Positions 50,801-60,814 of a stretch of DNA of 64,000 nucleotides are shown in pieces. A program made the position numbers and the translations under genes. The notes below the pieces were generated by a model. That model searched no databases and was not told the origin of the DNA. It was given only the letters and a program-made list of their open reading frames with translations. The stretch is from Guillardia theta CCMP2712. Lineage: Eukaryota; Protista; Cryptophyta. Every line of letters starts with the position of its first letter. The first letter of the stretch is position 1. Location: assembly GCF_000315625.1 (NCBI RefSeq), contig NW_005434612.1, forward strand, positions 62,001 through 126,000. Direction: 5' to 3'.

Positions 50801-51617
50801 GTTGAAGTACGACGAGTGCTGGAGCAGGTACATCTCGAATGAGCCCTGCAGGAAGCGACTCGAGAAGATCAGTGCGCTGTGTCGTCCTCACCTTTCAACC
50901 CGCAAAGTACAGCAGAAGTGTCGCAGAGATCCTCAACTCCTGCGCCGAGACATCGCCATCTTCGACCCGCTCATCGCTCGCTATAGCAACGCAGGTGGCA
51001 GTATCTTCGCTCCCGTCAAGTGCGGCGGCATCGAGTACGGTCCCTTGTACTCTCTCGACCAGCTGTACGCCCAGGCTCTGGTCATCGATCCCGTCTTCCT
51101 CTCCAAGGTCAAGTCCTTGGCCGAGGCCTCCGATGGCTTCTTCCTCGCGCAATCGGAGGCTGGCGAGCCACAGTATGTACGCTGGCGAGATGCGATGGCA
51201 GACCCGACGCTGGAGAGCACGATCTGCTGGGCGAAGATCAAGAACGCCACCCGAGCTATCGAGAAGCTCGTGCGGTCCTACGACTTCTGCGTCTACAAGC
51301 TCACAGATGTGGTACGACAGTGCATCATCTTCAAGGACCTCGACCATCTGTGCGACTGCCTGGACAAGATTGCCAGGGACCCGGAGATCGAAGTTGTGCG
51401 AATCAAGAACAGGCTGGATCCAGACTTCGACAGCAAGATATCGGGGGGCTACCGAGACATTGGGATAAACCTGCGCATCGTCAGCACCCAGACGAAGAAG
51501 AAGGGAGTGGAGGGGCATATCTGCGAGCTCCAGCTTCTGCTTGAAGACTTCCACAAGCTCAAAACCCTCGAAGGGCACAAACGGCACGTGCAGTTCCGAA
51601 ACCTCCGATGCGAGTGA
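47833..51617 (+). CDS. Multipass membrane protein with two RelA/SpoT-like synthetase domains (~1227 aa)
   Basis: Exons 47833-48342, 48393-48521 and 48573-51617 (both introns GT-AG, phase 0). Hydrophobic block, domain 1 (about 48978-49480), TM plus a loop with five N-x-S/T sequons, second hydrophobic block, domain 2 (about 51054-51614). Confidence 0.8.
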
Positions 51618-51791
51618 TGCCTTAAACATCCGTAGTTCGTAACCGTAGACTACTTCGTAAGAATCTCGTATCATTTGCGCATAAGTGTGACCTGCCGCGG
51701 TCGCACTCGGCGGGCCGCAGTGCGGGCCCCGCCGGGCCCAGTCCTCACTCCCCCAAGGGGTACTACGCACTCCTCAGCTCATGAAACTGTT

Positions 51792-51973
51792 ACTTGTCGA
51801 TTCCTATGCACAATGCACCCCAGGCTTCAATAGATTAGTTAGCCTGTTTGACTGTTCTGCATATTCTCTAACCAAGTCCACCTCAGGTATATAAGTAATG
51901 AACATGACAAGACATCTACATACCCTATCTGATGGCTGACCTATTCGTACGTTGATATGGAGCCGATCACCCG
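51792..51973 (-). pseudogene. Decayed remnant of the caspase-like gene 5' end and its upstream region
   Basis: TACTTGTCGATTCCTATGCACAATGCACC...TGACTGTTCTGCATA matches 45042-45104. ACCAAG.CCACCTCAGGTAT...GGAGCCGATCACCCG matches 45221-45323. Confidence 0.85.
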
Positions 51974-52261
51974 AAGACGCGTTACAAAACAGTTACTAAG
52001 GAATGGAGAGGAACAAATGGTGAATGGTGAAGGGCGCGAAGAAAGCAATCAGGCAGAGAGTTGTCGTGCAGCCACAGAGAGAGCAGAATGAAAGGCGTGT
52101 GAAGGCAGAAACAATACATATCGAGATGGAGGATTGGAGGACAGATTGGAGGATGGTTGGGAGTGTAAAGACTAATCCTTGCCTACCGTCGGCAAAAACC
52201 GGAGTGTGGTGATGATTGTTCTGACTTCTTTATCTTCCAGGTATTTCACTTGGCTGGAAGG

Positions 52262-55200
52262 ATGAGCTTCCTGACCGGGGGCTCTACGCCTGTCAAAGCC
52301 GGTGAAGTCGGCGTGGGATGCGCTCTGGGGCAGAACGAAGCAGGAGAGGTGGTTGTGAAAGGCCTGGCGCATGGTGGCCCTTGCCACCTCTGCTGTCAAG
52401 TAGCGATAGGAGACGTTGTCGTGAGTGTGGATGGATCTCTCATCAATGGGGATGTCAGGCTAGCAAAGGCACTCTTCCTCGGGGAGGACGGGACGGGCGT
52501 CACGCTGACTCTCAGGAGGAACGGCATAGCAAGGAATGTTCACCTGCTGCGAGGGAAACCGATCGAGCATCGCCCTGTCAAGGAAGGAGAGCTCTGCGGC
52601 ATCGGAGTGACTCTCAACTCTGTACGGGGAGGACTTGCGATATCCAAGATCGCGCCTGGAAGTCCGGCGCAGCTCTCAGGAGAGTTGCAGACCATGGACG
52701 TGATCATGAGCGTGAACGGAACGGACGTGCAGGGCAAGTCAGTCCAGGACGTGGTGCCGATGATGGTCGGTCAACCTGGAACTCGTTTGACATTGAGCAT
52801 CATCAGAGGTTGCGACTCCTTGGTCTCGATCGTCCGTGGCTGTTGACGTCTGTACTTTGACCAGGCCGCGGAGCGAAACGACAGATTGATATGGTACGAG
52901 CTCACAACCTGGAGCAGGCGGCTATCCCAAAAGCCTCACAATACCGCTACAATGCATTGGTGATAGAGAAACATCTTGTGCTGCTAGTTGCTCACTGGTG
53001 GGCTCGTAGGTGGAGCAACAGGCTCTGTCGTATACCTGGCTTCGCCGAATGCATCGCAAGATCTCCAAGTCGGTTCATGGAGGGCAGGTTGGAAGGAAGA
53101 TGTCGCAATTTTCATGCAGTGCGTCTGATAGTTTGTCAGGGCACTGTCAATGAAGTGACCTTTGACGGGATCGCCAGTCCTATTCGAATTGCGTTGAAGG
53201 TGGGCAGTTTTGGTTCCATCAGTGCAATCTAATGTTGTGATGCATACAATTTCTTGCAGGTTGTGTATCAGAGAGGTTCAAGCTTCAAATCAGCGGAAAG
53301 ATCGCTCTGGTTGAATGTGGACAACCATCCCCACATCTTGCCTCTACTTTTTACCGCGGGGCCGAACATGTACAACATTTGTTCATTGAGCATCAAGTGT
53401 TTGATCAAGCACCTCCAGGCTCTTTATGCCTTTCATGGAGCTTGCTTCAGTCACCGACTGGCTGTCGCAGTCATCGGGTAATCTCTTTCCTTGCAGCCTC
53501 GCCCTGCTTAAGAGGCTCTGCAGAATCAAAATCCTTGCCGTCAGAGGACTTGCGGCAAGTTCACCAGATGATCGGACTTCAGGTAACTCAAGAATTCAAG
53601 TTCGTCCGACCCATGCAATCCTTTGACTTCACTTGTGCAGGTCTCATGGGCCTTAGAGCACATGCATAAAGTGGGTTTTCGGCTCTAGACCGCTCAGTTA
53701 ACCTGACTTTGCTGCACAGGTCGGAACGCTACATCTGGACATGAAGCCCAACAATATCCTTGTGCGGCTCCGCGGTGATGGACGGATGAGTCTCTGGAAG
53801 CGGCTGCATTGCTTGGGTATACAGAATGAAGGAACGCTAGAAGCTGTGACCTTGCTCCCGTAGTTTGCGATTTCGGGCTGGCAGCTGTCAACATTGAAGG
53901 CTCGGCAACAGGAAGAGGAGGAACGCCAGGTGAAGATCAGACAATCACCTCAAATTCTCACCCGTTTCTCTCCCCCATCGCCACTTTGACACTTTGACAC
54001 TTCTCCCTGTAGGGTTTTGGGCTCCTGAACTGATCCCCTTGGATGGAAGCGGCGTCCCCGTGCCTTACTGGACGGAGGCCTGCTCAGATCCCCCTCCTCA
54101 CTGCAGAGCCAACATTACTGACAAGGCAGACACTTGGATGTGGGCCACCACAATGCTGGCGATCATGGATCGTCTGGAGAGGATGAGGGGCCAGGGGTAT
54201 GCTGCTTTCACTGCCCAGCTTGCAAGGGGAGATGGATTGGATCGGTTGATCTCCAACTGTTTGAAACCTCAGCCTCAAGATCGGCTCCCCATTTCTATCG
54301 TCTCTTTGACGATGCAGAGGTTGATGAGAGACAAAGGGCTCGATGTGTTCAAGCCGATGGACGAGGATAAGTCGGTCATTGAGTACGCCCGCGCCGGCTA
54401 CACTCTTTGCATGAGCCTGATGGGGCAAGACGATCCGCAGACCTGGGCTGCGACGGAGAGGCTGGTTCGCGTGCTGCGGACTCATGGAGACTACAAGGAG
54501 GCTGAGATGCTCTGCAGCAATGTCCTCGAGCGAAAGATCAAATGTGAGGCAGAACCCTCCTCCATTGCTCGGACTCAGCGCCAGCTGGGGGGTATCTTGG
54601 ACGATCTCGGGCGATATGACAGTGCCTCCAAGTGCTATCGCGGAGCTCTGGAGGTCCAAGTGCGGTCACTTGGCTCGAACCACATCGACGTGGCGAGCAC
54701 GAAGGACAGTCTTGGAGTGACGCTTTGGCGACAAGGCAAGTTTGATGAAGCACTCAAGCTCTATGACGAGGCTCTTGTCGTGCGAGAGTCGGTCCTGGGC
54801 AGCGAGCATGTTCTGGTCGCTAAGACGATTGTGAACAGAGCTAACGTTTACTTCCGACAAGGACAGTTCATGCGAGCCTTGGCTGACTACAGTCGGGCGC
54901 TGGAGATCGAGAAGCGAACACTGGGCGAGGAGCACGTATTGGTGGCAAAGACAAAGAACAACATGGGCGAGGCCCTTCGAGTTGAAGGCAAGTATGAAGA
55001 AGCGCTTCAGCTCTATCAAGAGAGCCTCGTGGTCTTGTCCAAGGTGCTCGGAAACTCGCACGTGCTGGTAGCCAACACCAAGAACAACATCGCGGGTATC
55101 TTTTTGAAGCAGGACAAGTGCGACGAAGCTTTGCAGTACTACATGGAGTCGTTGGACACCAAGTTGAAGGTGTTGGGCCCCGGTCACGCTGACGTCGCAA

Positions 55201-55603
55201 ACACGATCGAGAACATCGGAGTCATCTTCGCACAGCAGGGAAGGCATGATCACGCGCTGGAGAAGTTCAACGAAGCTCTCTCCATCCGCAGCATTGCCCT
55301 CGGCCCCGATCATCTCGACGTGAGCTCGACACAGTACAAGATGGCTCTGGTGTATGAGGAGAAGCATGAGTATAAGACTGCCCTCCCGCTCTGCGAGCAG
55401 GTCTGAGAAGTTCCTTCCCTCCTGAAAAGTTCCTTCTTTTGCTGACAGACTTTCAGGCCCTCCAGAAAGCGATGAAGGCCATGGGGGCGGAGCACCCTGA
55501 AGTGCAGAAGAGGAAGCTGGTGCGAGATCGCCTGATGGTATTGTGTTATGCTGAGATATCCGTGTGGACTAACATGCCATGGCAGCACAAAGCTGTAGGA
55601 TGA
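52262..55603 (+). CDS. PDZ-PDZ-protein kinase-TPR protein, multi-exon
   Basis: Two PDZ domains (GVGCAL...IGDVVVSVDG; GIGVTL...SPAQLSGELQTMDVIMSVNG). Kinase motifs IALK, HLDMKPNNILV, CDFGLA and GTP|GFWAPE on small exons. About seven 42-aa kinesin-light-chain-type TPR repeats (LG.EH..VA.T.NN.G). Confidence 0.85.
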
Positions 55604-55704
55604 GAATGGAGCGGGAAGCTTCACTTCAAGTCTCTTTAAATCTGAGTAGACAGATACTGATTGCATTGATTCATTAAACACACAAGCTGAAGGGAACCTT
55701 GCCC

Positions 55705-56234
55705 TCAAGCATAATGAGGGTTCCATTCTCCTCCATGCATCTTCTGTATGTTCTCGAGCACACTTTTCATCACCGAGGCTTGCTGTATCATAGTGCAAAC
55801 TTCCACGTTGAGCGTCTGTGCTATGGTAGAAGCTGTTGAAAGCATCAGGTCAGGAGTTCAACCACGGCATAATTAGCTGAAAGCTCACCGTCATGAGGAA
55901 GGTTCGGAAGGATTTCTTTCTTTGCTGGAGCTGCAATCTTCGGTGCTGGTTGAACCCAACCTGCAGCTGGAACAGGAGCTACTGCTGCGTTGGTAGCGGC
56001 TGCGCTCATGGATGCCGCATGTTGATTTGCAGGAGATACCCTACCTGAAGAGAAAGGGATGGGGTGGAAGGAGGAAACCATAGGATTCTGTCCACTCAGG
56101 ACGAAGTAGGAGGCACCGGTAGGAGAGGAGGAGGGGGGGGGAGGACGAGCGTCAGATACCATGGGCATCGCATGGAGCATCAGCGGAGGCCCGCCGAAGC
56201 CATGGCCATGCTGCCCCACCCGCGCCGCCTGCAT
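55705..56234 (-). CDS. Small Pro/Ala-rich hypothetical protein, two exons
   Basis: ORF 55845..56234 plus a probable last exon (...STIAQTLNVEVCTMIQQASVMKSVLENIQKMHGGEWNPHYA*). Confidence 0.5.
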
Positions 56235-56370
56235 GACTTTGAAAAGCTATCGAAGCAACTTGGTTTTTAGTCAATTCTTCCAGTATCCTCAAGGATACAT
56301 ATGATATCTGTTTCCACCCCAGCACAGAAAGGGACTGAATCTGTTTTGGTGCAACAAAGGTGCTGGGGAA

Positions 56371-58494
56371 ATGGGCGGAGGAGCGAAAGGAGGAAGGGGG
56401 AAGGCGATAGAGGAGGAGATAAGGGAAGAGGAGGCCACGAAGAAGGAGAAAAGAAAAGAGAAGGGGAGGAAGGAGGAGAAGGGGAAAGAGGAGAAGGGGA
56501 AAGAGGAGAAGGGGAAAGAGGAGGCAACGACGAAGAAGAAGACGACAACACAGAAGGGGAGGAAAGAGGGAAGGAAAAGCGACGTGGCGGACATCAAGTA
56601 CATCTTTGAACAATATCTTAGTCAATCCTACGAGAGGGTTCAGTCGCTGAATTATGAATGCAAGTGGTTGACAGAAAACTTGCATTTCTTCGAGTTCCCC
56701 ATGTTGCCACCCTTACATTGTTGGGCAAAGATAAATGAAGACGACGAGGAGATTTATGTTGTCATGAAGCATTCTAGATCACCTTGCGACATCAAGATCT
56801 TCACGTTCATGGGGGCAAAGAATCTGGGCTATGTCGTTTTAGAATCCTACGATGGAGTGAACTTTCGGAACTTGTACAGCTATGCAAGGACTAGGAAAGA
56901 AGTGTTCGTTCAGCGCAGAAAGCAACGTTTTTCAATCGAGCACACAGGAGAGGCGGCTCGAGTCTCCAAGGAATGCTTCATCTTCGGCCATTGCATCGAC
57001 TTTGCCGACACACCAACTCCAGCCGGCATTGTAGAAGCGAGCCAACTATCCTGCAATCATCCGGCAAACATCATTCTTGAACCACGCTGCAGTTGGGCTC
57101 AAGTTCGTGGCGCGGCCGTTTCACAATGCCGTTCGGAGGGAGCCTCCTACTCTCAGCTTGTCTTGTACGATGAAGACCCGCCAATCTCTTACGAATGTGG
57201 GGGATACCCTGTGTCAAACGGTGTCGTGCTGTTTCGATTCCACGACAACCGTGGAAAAGGTGTTTTGCAGGGCTGGCAGGTACCCTGGACTGATTTTCAA
57301 CATGACGAATTGTTCCAAAATCTCAAGAGATTGAAAGGAATCTTCACCAAATTAAGGCGATACCTCATCATACCTCCTGTAGATAGCAAGATTGGAAATT
57401 CCATACATCTTGCGTATGAGTTCCAAAAAATCCCTGAATGGATGAAATATATGCATACAGAGCTGACTGATTTGTTAAAGGATCAACCGGTCAGAGCTTT
57501 GAACCCAATGCAACGTTACTATCTTCAATTGTTGGCTGACAGTGAAGCAACCCCGTCCTATGCACTTTCTCTCATACTGTGTGATCTACATGAACAGCGT
57601 ATCAAGAATGCCAAAGCATGGATAGACAGGTCGATCGATTACTGCCAATTCTTGTCTGAAAACCATCGCACCGTCATCTGCATAGGCTCTGGATTCCTTG
57701 AAAACCTAACAAAGTTTCAAAACGATATATCCGATTTTCAAAAGGTCTTTCAGATCTTGACGACCCTTGCAAAAGTTGAAATCCCCAAAACCAAGTGGCA
57801 GAAGAAGCAATTCTTGGTCATTCTGGAGGAAGCATGCAGCGGAAATAATGATCAGAAAGCAGCGGGTCTCAACACCGAAGAGCTTATCTTTGAATTTCCG
57901 GGCAGATACAGGAAAGCAGACAAATTGATATTGGGACCCGAGCATGTTGGTTGTCCAATAACGATAATCATCCACAATTCTACCCAATCGCATAGACAGA
58001 ATCGAAAGAAACTGAAAATGAAAGTAACGAAGTGGTTCCGCAACAACTTTAAAACCTATCCAAACCATGAATTTCTGACTTACAACTTGTCCAAGTGCCC
58101 AAAGTTGTCAGTTTTCAACGAGAATGCCTTGATCTCTGATTCTCTGGCAAAAGATCTTGAAACTCTCGAAGCTGATGGAGGCTTCTCAGCGCCATCGGAA
58201 CAGTCAGAAGGAAAGGTCGTCTTTCAAAAAACGCTGCATGTCGGTAAGATGGCAAGTTTGATAGAGCGAGATCAAACAGGATCCAACAGAGTCCTCGGGC
58301 ACATTTATATCGAAAAACAGAGCAAAGGAGATATCGAAGATGAAGTCCTTTACAAGTCGCAGAAGCTTCTTACTAAACACAAGGACCAGCGCCTACTAGA
58401 AGCCTTCACCCGAGGATCCATTGAGATCGATCAAAGTGTGTTCTCCAGCACGCTACCAGCTCCCCGTGAATGTGATGCCGACAGCAATTTATAA
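56371..58494 (+). CDS. Hypothetical 707-aa protein with Lys/Glu-rich N-terminus
   Basis: Long uninterrupted ORF. 15-bp repeat GAGAAGGGGAAAGAG x3 at 56476-56520. No family recognised. Confidence 0.7.
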   Translation: MGGGAKGGRGKAIEEEIREEEATKKEKRKEKGRKEEKGKEEKGKEEKGKEEATTKKKTTTQKGRKEGRKSDVADIKYIFEQYLSQSYERVQSLNYECKWLTENLHFFEFPMLPPLHCWAKINEDDEEIYVVMKHSRSPCDIKIFTFMGAKNLGYVVLESYDGVNFRNLYSYARTRKEVFVQRRKQRFSIEHTGEAARVSKECFIFGHCIDFADTPTPAGIVEASQLSCNHPANIILEPRCSWAQVRGAAVSQCRSEGASYSQLVLYDEDPPISYECGGYPVSNGVVLFRFHDNRGKGVLQGWQVPWTDFQHDELFQNLKRLKGIFTKLRRYLIIPPVDSKIGNSIHLAYEFQKIPEWMKYMHTELTDLLKDQPVRALNPMQRYYLQLLADSEATPSYALSLILCDLHEQRIKNAKAWIDRSIDYCQFLSENHRTVICIGSGFLENLTKFQNDISDFQKVFQILTTLAKVEIPKTKWQKKQFLVILEEACSGNNDQKAAGLNTEELIFEFPGRYRKADKLILGPEHVGCPITIIIHNSTQSHRQNRKKLKMKVTKWFRNNFKTYPNHEFLTYNLSKCPKLSVFNENALISDSLAKDLETLEADGGFSAPSEQSEGKVVFQKTLHVGKMASLIERDQTGSNRVLGHIYIEKQSKGDIEDEVLYKSQKLLTKHKDQRLLEAFTRGSIEIDQSVFSSTLPAPRECDADSNL

Positions 58495-58568
58495 TGTGAG
58501 ATAACACAAGCTCTTTGCAATGTTGACAAACATCGAAAACTTCATGGACTTTATTGCGATGGATCAAT

Positions 58569-60160
58569 CTACAATCGTCCTCCGAACCCCTGAACAAAGG
58601 AAAGTTACAAGGATCTTGGCGTACCATCGTAGAGCACGGACCTTAGCGTATCGGTCGTTGAAGATTGAGAACTGCTGGAAGCTGTACTCCCGGACAACCT
58701 TGCTGACCTGTATCATACAGTCAGAGATTCTAGGGTCAAGGGATATACGTACTTCTCTCAGCAGAGGTCTCTTGTTGTATGTCGCAACGCACTCCACCGT
58801 GCCGTCCGGCTTCTCCACAAGAGCCTGAGAGGAGTCACTGAGATGTGGAGGATAGACTGCCTCAAGCACCTGCCATGGACCAGGATACTGCCGAAACACC
58901 CATCCCTTGCTGATCCTCTTGAGGTAATAAACTTGTTCAACGCCCTTCGTGCTGCCGTCACGCTGCGCAAAGCTCTCTCTGCCTCAACTTGCCTCGATGG
59001 GTCCCGCAAGCTCGTACGTCCACCCACCTGAAGCACTGGGGCGGACTCAGAGGCTCGAGCTGCAAGGAGGAGGAGCGACCTGTTGAGGAAGATGAGAGGG
59101 CTGCTGGGCCCTGAGTAGGAGAGCGCCTTCTTCCACTGCGACACGTCACCCGGGTTGACGACGATGGACTGAGGAGCAAGTGAGATCACAGAGCAGAGGC
59201 ATCCGCATCCTCCATGTCATCTCACAAGCTCTTGCCTCTCCGTCAACGTGCGGGGAATGGTTTCTAGTCGCCCGATCCAGACGTTCTCACCCGGGGAGTT
59301 TGCATTTTTCTTACTGGTTTGGTCGCAGTACTGCACGTACACTGGCTGACCCCCCGCAACGGCCGCAAGAGCTCTCGACCAGTAGAGGTTGGCGAAGTCG
59401 ATGAGAGATCTCCTCACCTCTATCTTGTACTTCTGATCCTCCATCCCCAGCACATCGCGGATCTCGATGGCGAACTGCTGATTCAAGGCAGTCCCGAAGT
59501 CCACCTCCTCCAGGTTGGGAACGGGAGGAAAGTTGACCTCCATCCTTGTCAGCCCGTCTGCCAGTGCCTGTCCTACCGCCTTGAGCATCTGGTCTCTTAC
59601 TTCCCCGGTCCCTTCAATACATCTCTCGGCTCCGTCTGAGCCAGGGTACTTGTACGTTCCACAAAACCACCCGTTATAGAGTGTCGGCATCGGATACTCA
59701 AGGGACGACGCCTGCATGTTTGTCTCACTCAGCTGTCCTCCTGGCTGCTGCTCGTTCCCTCCACCTCCCGCCGCGTCCCTTGTTTGCGGCTTCTCCCAAG
59801 TCGTCTCACCGGTGACCTGTCACACGAATGAGGCGAGTCAACGGCAGCCATGACCGTCACCTTGTTCCAGTAGTACGGGGATCCAGAGGCATCGTCGAAG
59901 AGCTCCTCCCACACCTGCTCCCTCGCCACGCTTCCCTCCTCCTGCTTCTCTGCCCTCTTGAAGATGGTATCGAAGAAGTTCGCCTGGAGGGAGATCATGG
60001 ACCATGGACGGGATCGCACGAGAGACAGCTCTCCTCGTGTGCTGATCGATGTGTCCTTGCGGAGGAGGAGGCAGGAAGGAACCACTCCTCCCTGGAAGCA
60101 GGAGGCGGAGCCCCACATGAGACTCGTCAGGAGCACCGGCACCAGCGCCTTGACCAGCAT
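58569..60160 (-). CDS. Plastid-targeted WW-domain plus DUF1995-like protein, multi-exon
   Basis: Signal peptide ending ASC|F followed by a transit-like region. WW: WEELFDDASGSPYYWNK|VTGETTWEKP. DUF1995-like RMEVNFPPVPNLEEVDFGT...YPGPWQ...YNKRP. Confidence 0.75.
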
Positions 60161-60814
60161 GGCAGTGCCTGGCACCCGAAGCACTGGCCCGCCTCAGTCT
60201 TCTTGTGGGTTGCGACAAAAGGAGGACATGCTAGGAAGCGTGCAGGAACGCATGCGGGGCAGGAGGGAGGAGGGAGGAGGGAGGAGGGAGGAGGGAGGGG
60301 AGGGAGGAAGAAGGAGGCTAAGCAGGGCGTGGATCAGAGAAGTGAGGAGCCAGGAGGAAGCTGAGCAAGGCTGACAGCTGGTGTAGGAGGGAGTTGGGAG
60401 TAGATTTCGACTGGTGGCTTAGAGCACCATACAAGCATCATAAGAGGTGTGCGAGAGGGTTCCGTTTGCATCTGACGGCTCACCTCGTCTTCCTTTGATC
60501 TGATCTTAAGGCATGACAGGAGCTTTCGAGTGAAGTTTGTTCCTATCCTAGCACCCTCCGTGTCCCCGCCATGCAAATCATTTGAAATGGTGTATTCTTG
60601 CCACCACCCCGTTGCTCTCGTCTACCTGATCCTCCTCCCCCTTTCTCCTCTCCTCCTCTCCTCCTGTCAACCGTCCCCAACTCTGACATCCCCTAACCTC
60701 TTCGCTCTCCGCCCTTCCTTCTCTTCGTCCTGAGCTCGCTATCCTTGCCTACCCCTCACCCCTTGCATAGCCCATTCCCACACACCCCTGCCCTCCCTCC
60801 CTGCTTCGTTGTTC

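Noticed and set aside
48849-51770. Minus-strand 291-306 aa ORFs over the synthetase domains
   Set aside because: Antisense shadows with no independent motifs. They recur only because the sense domain is duplicated.
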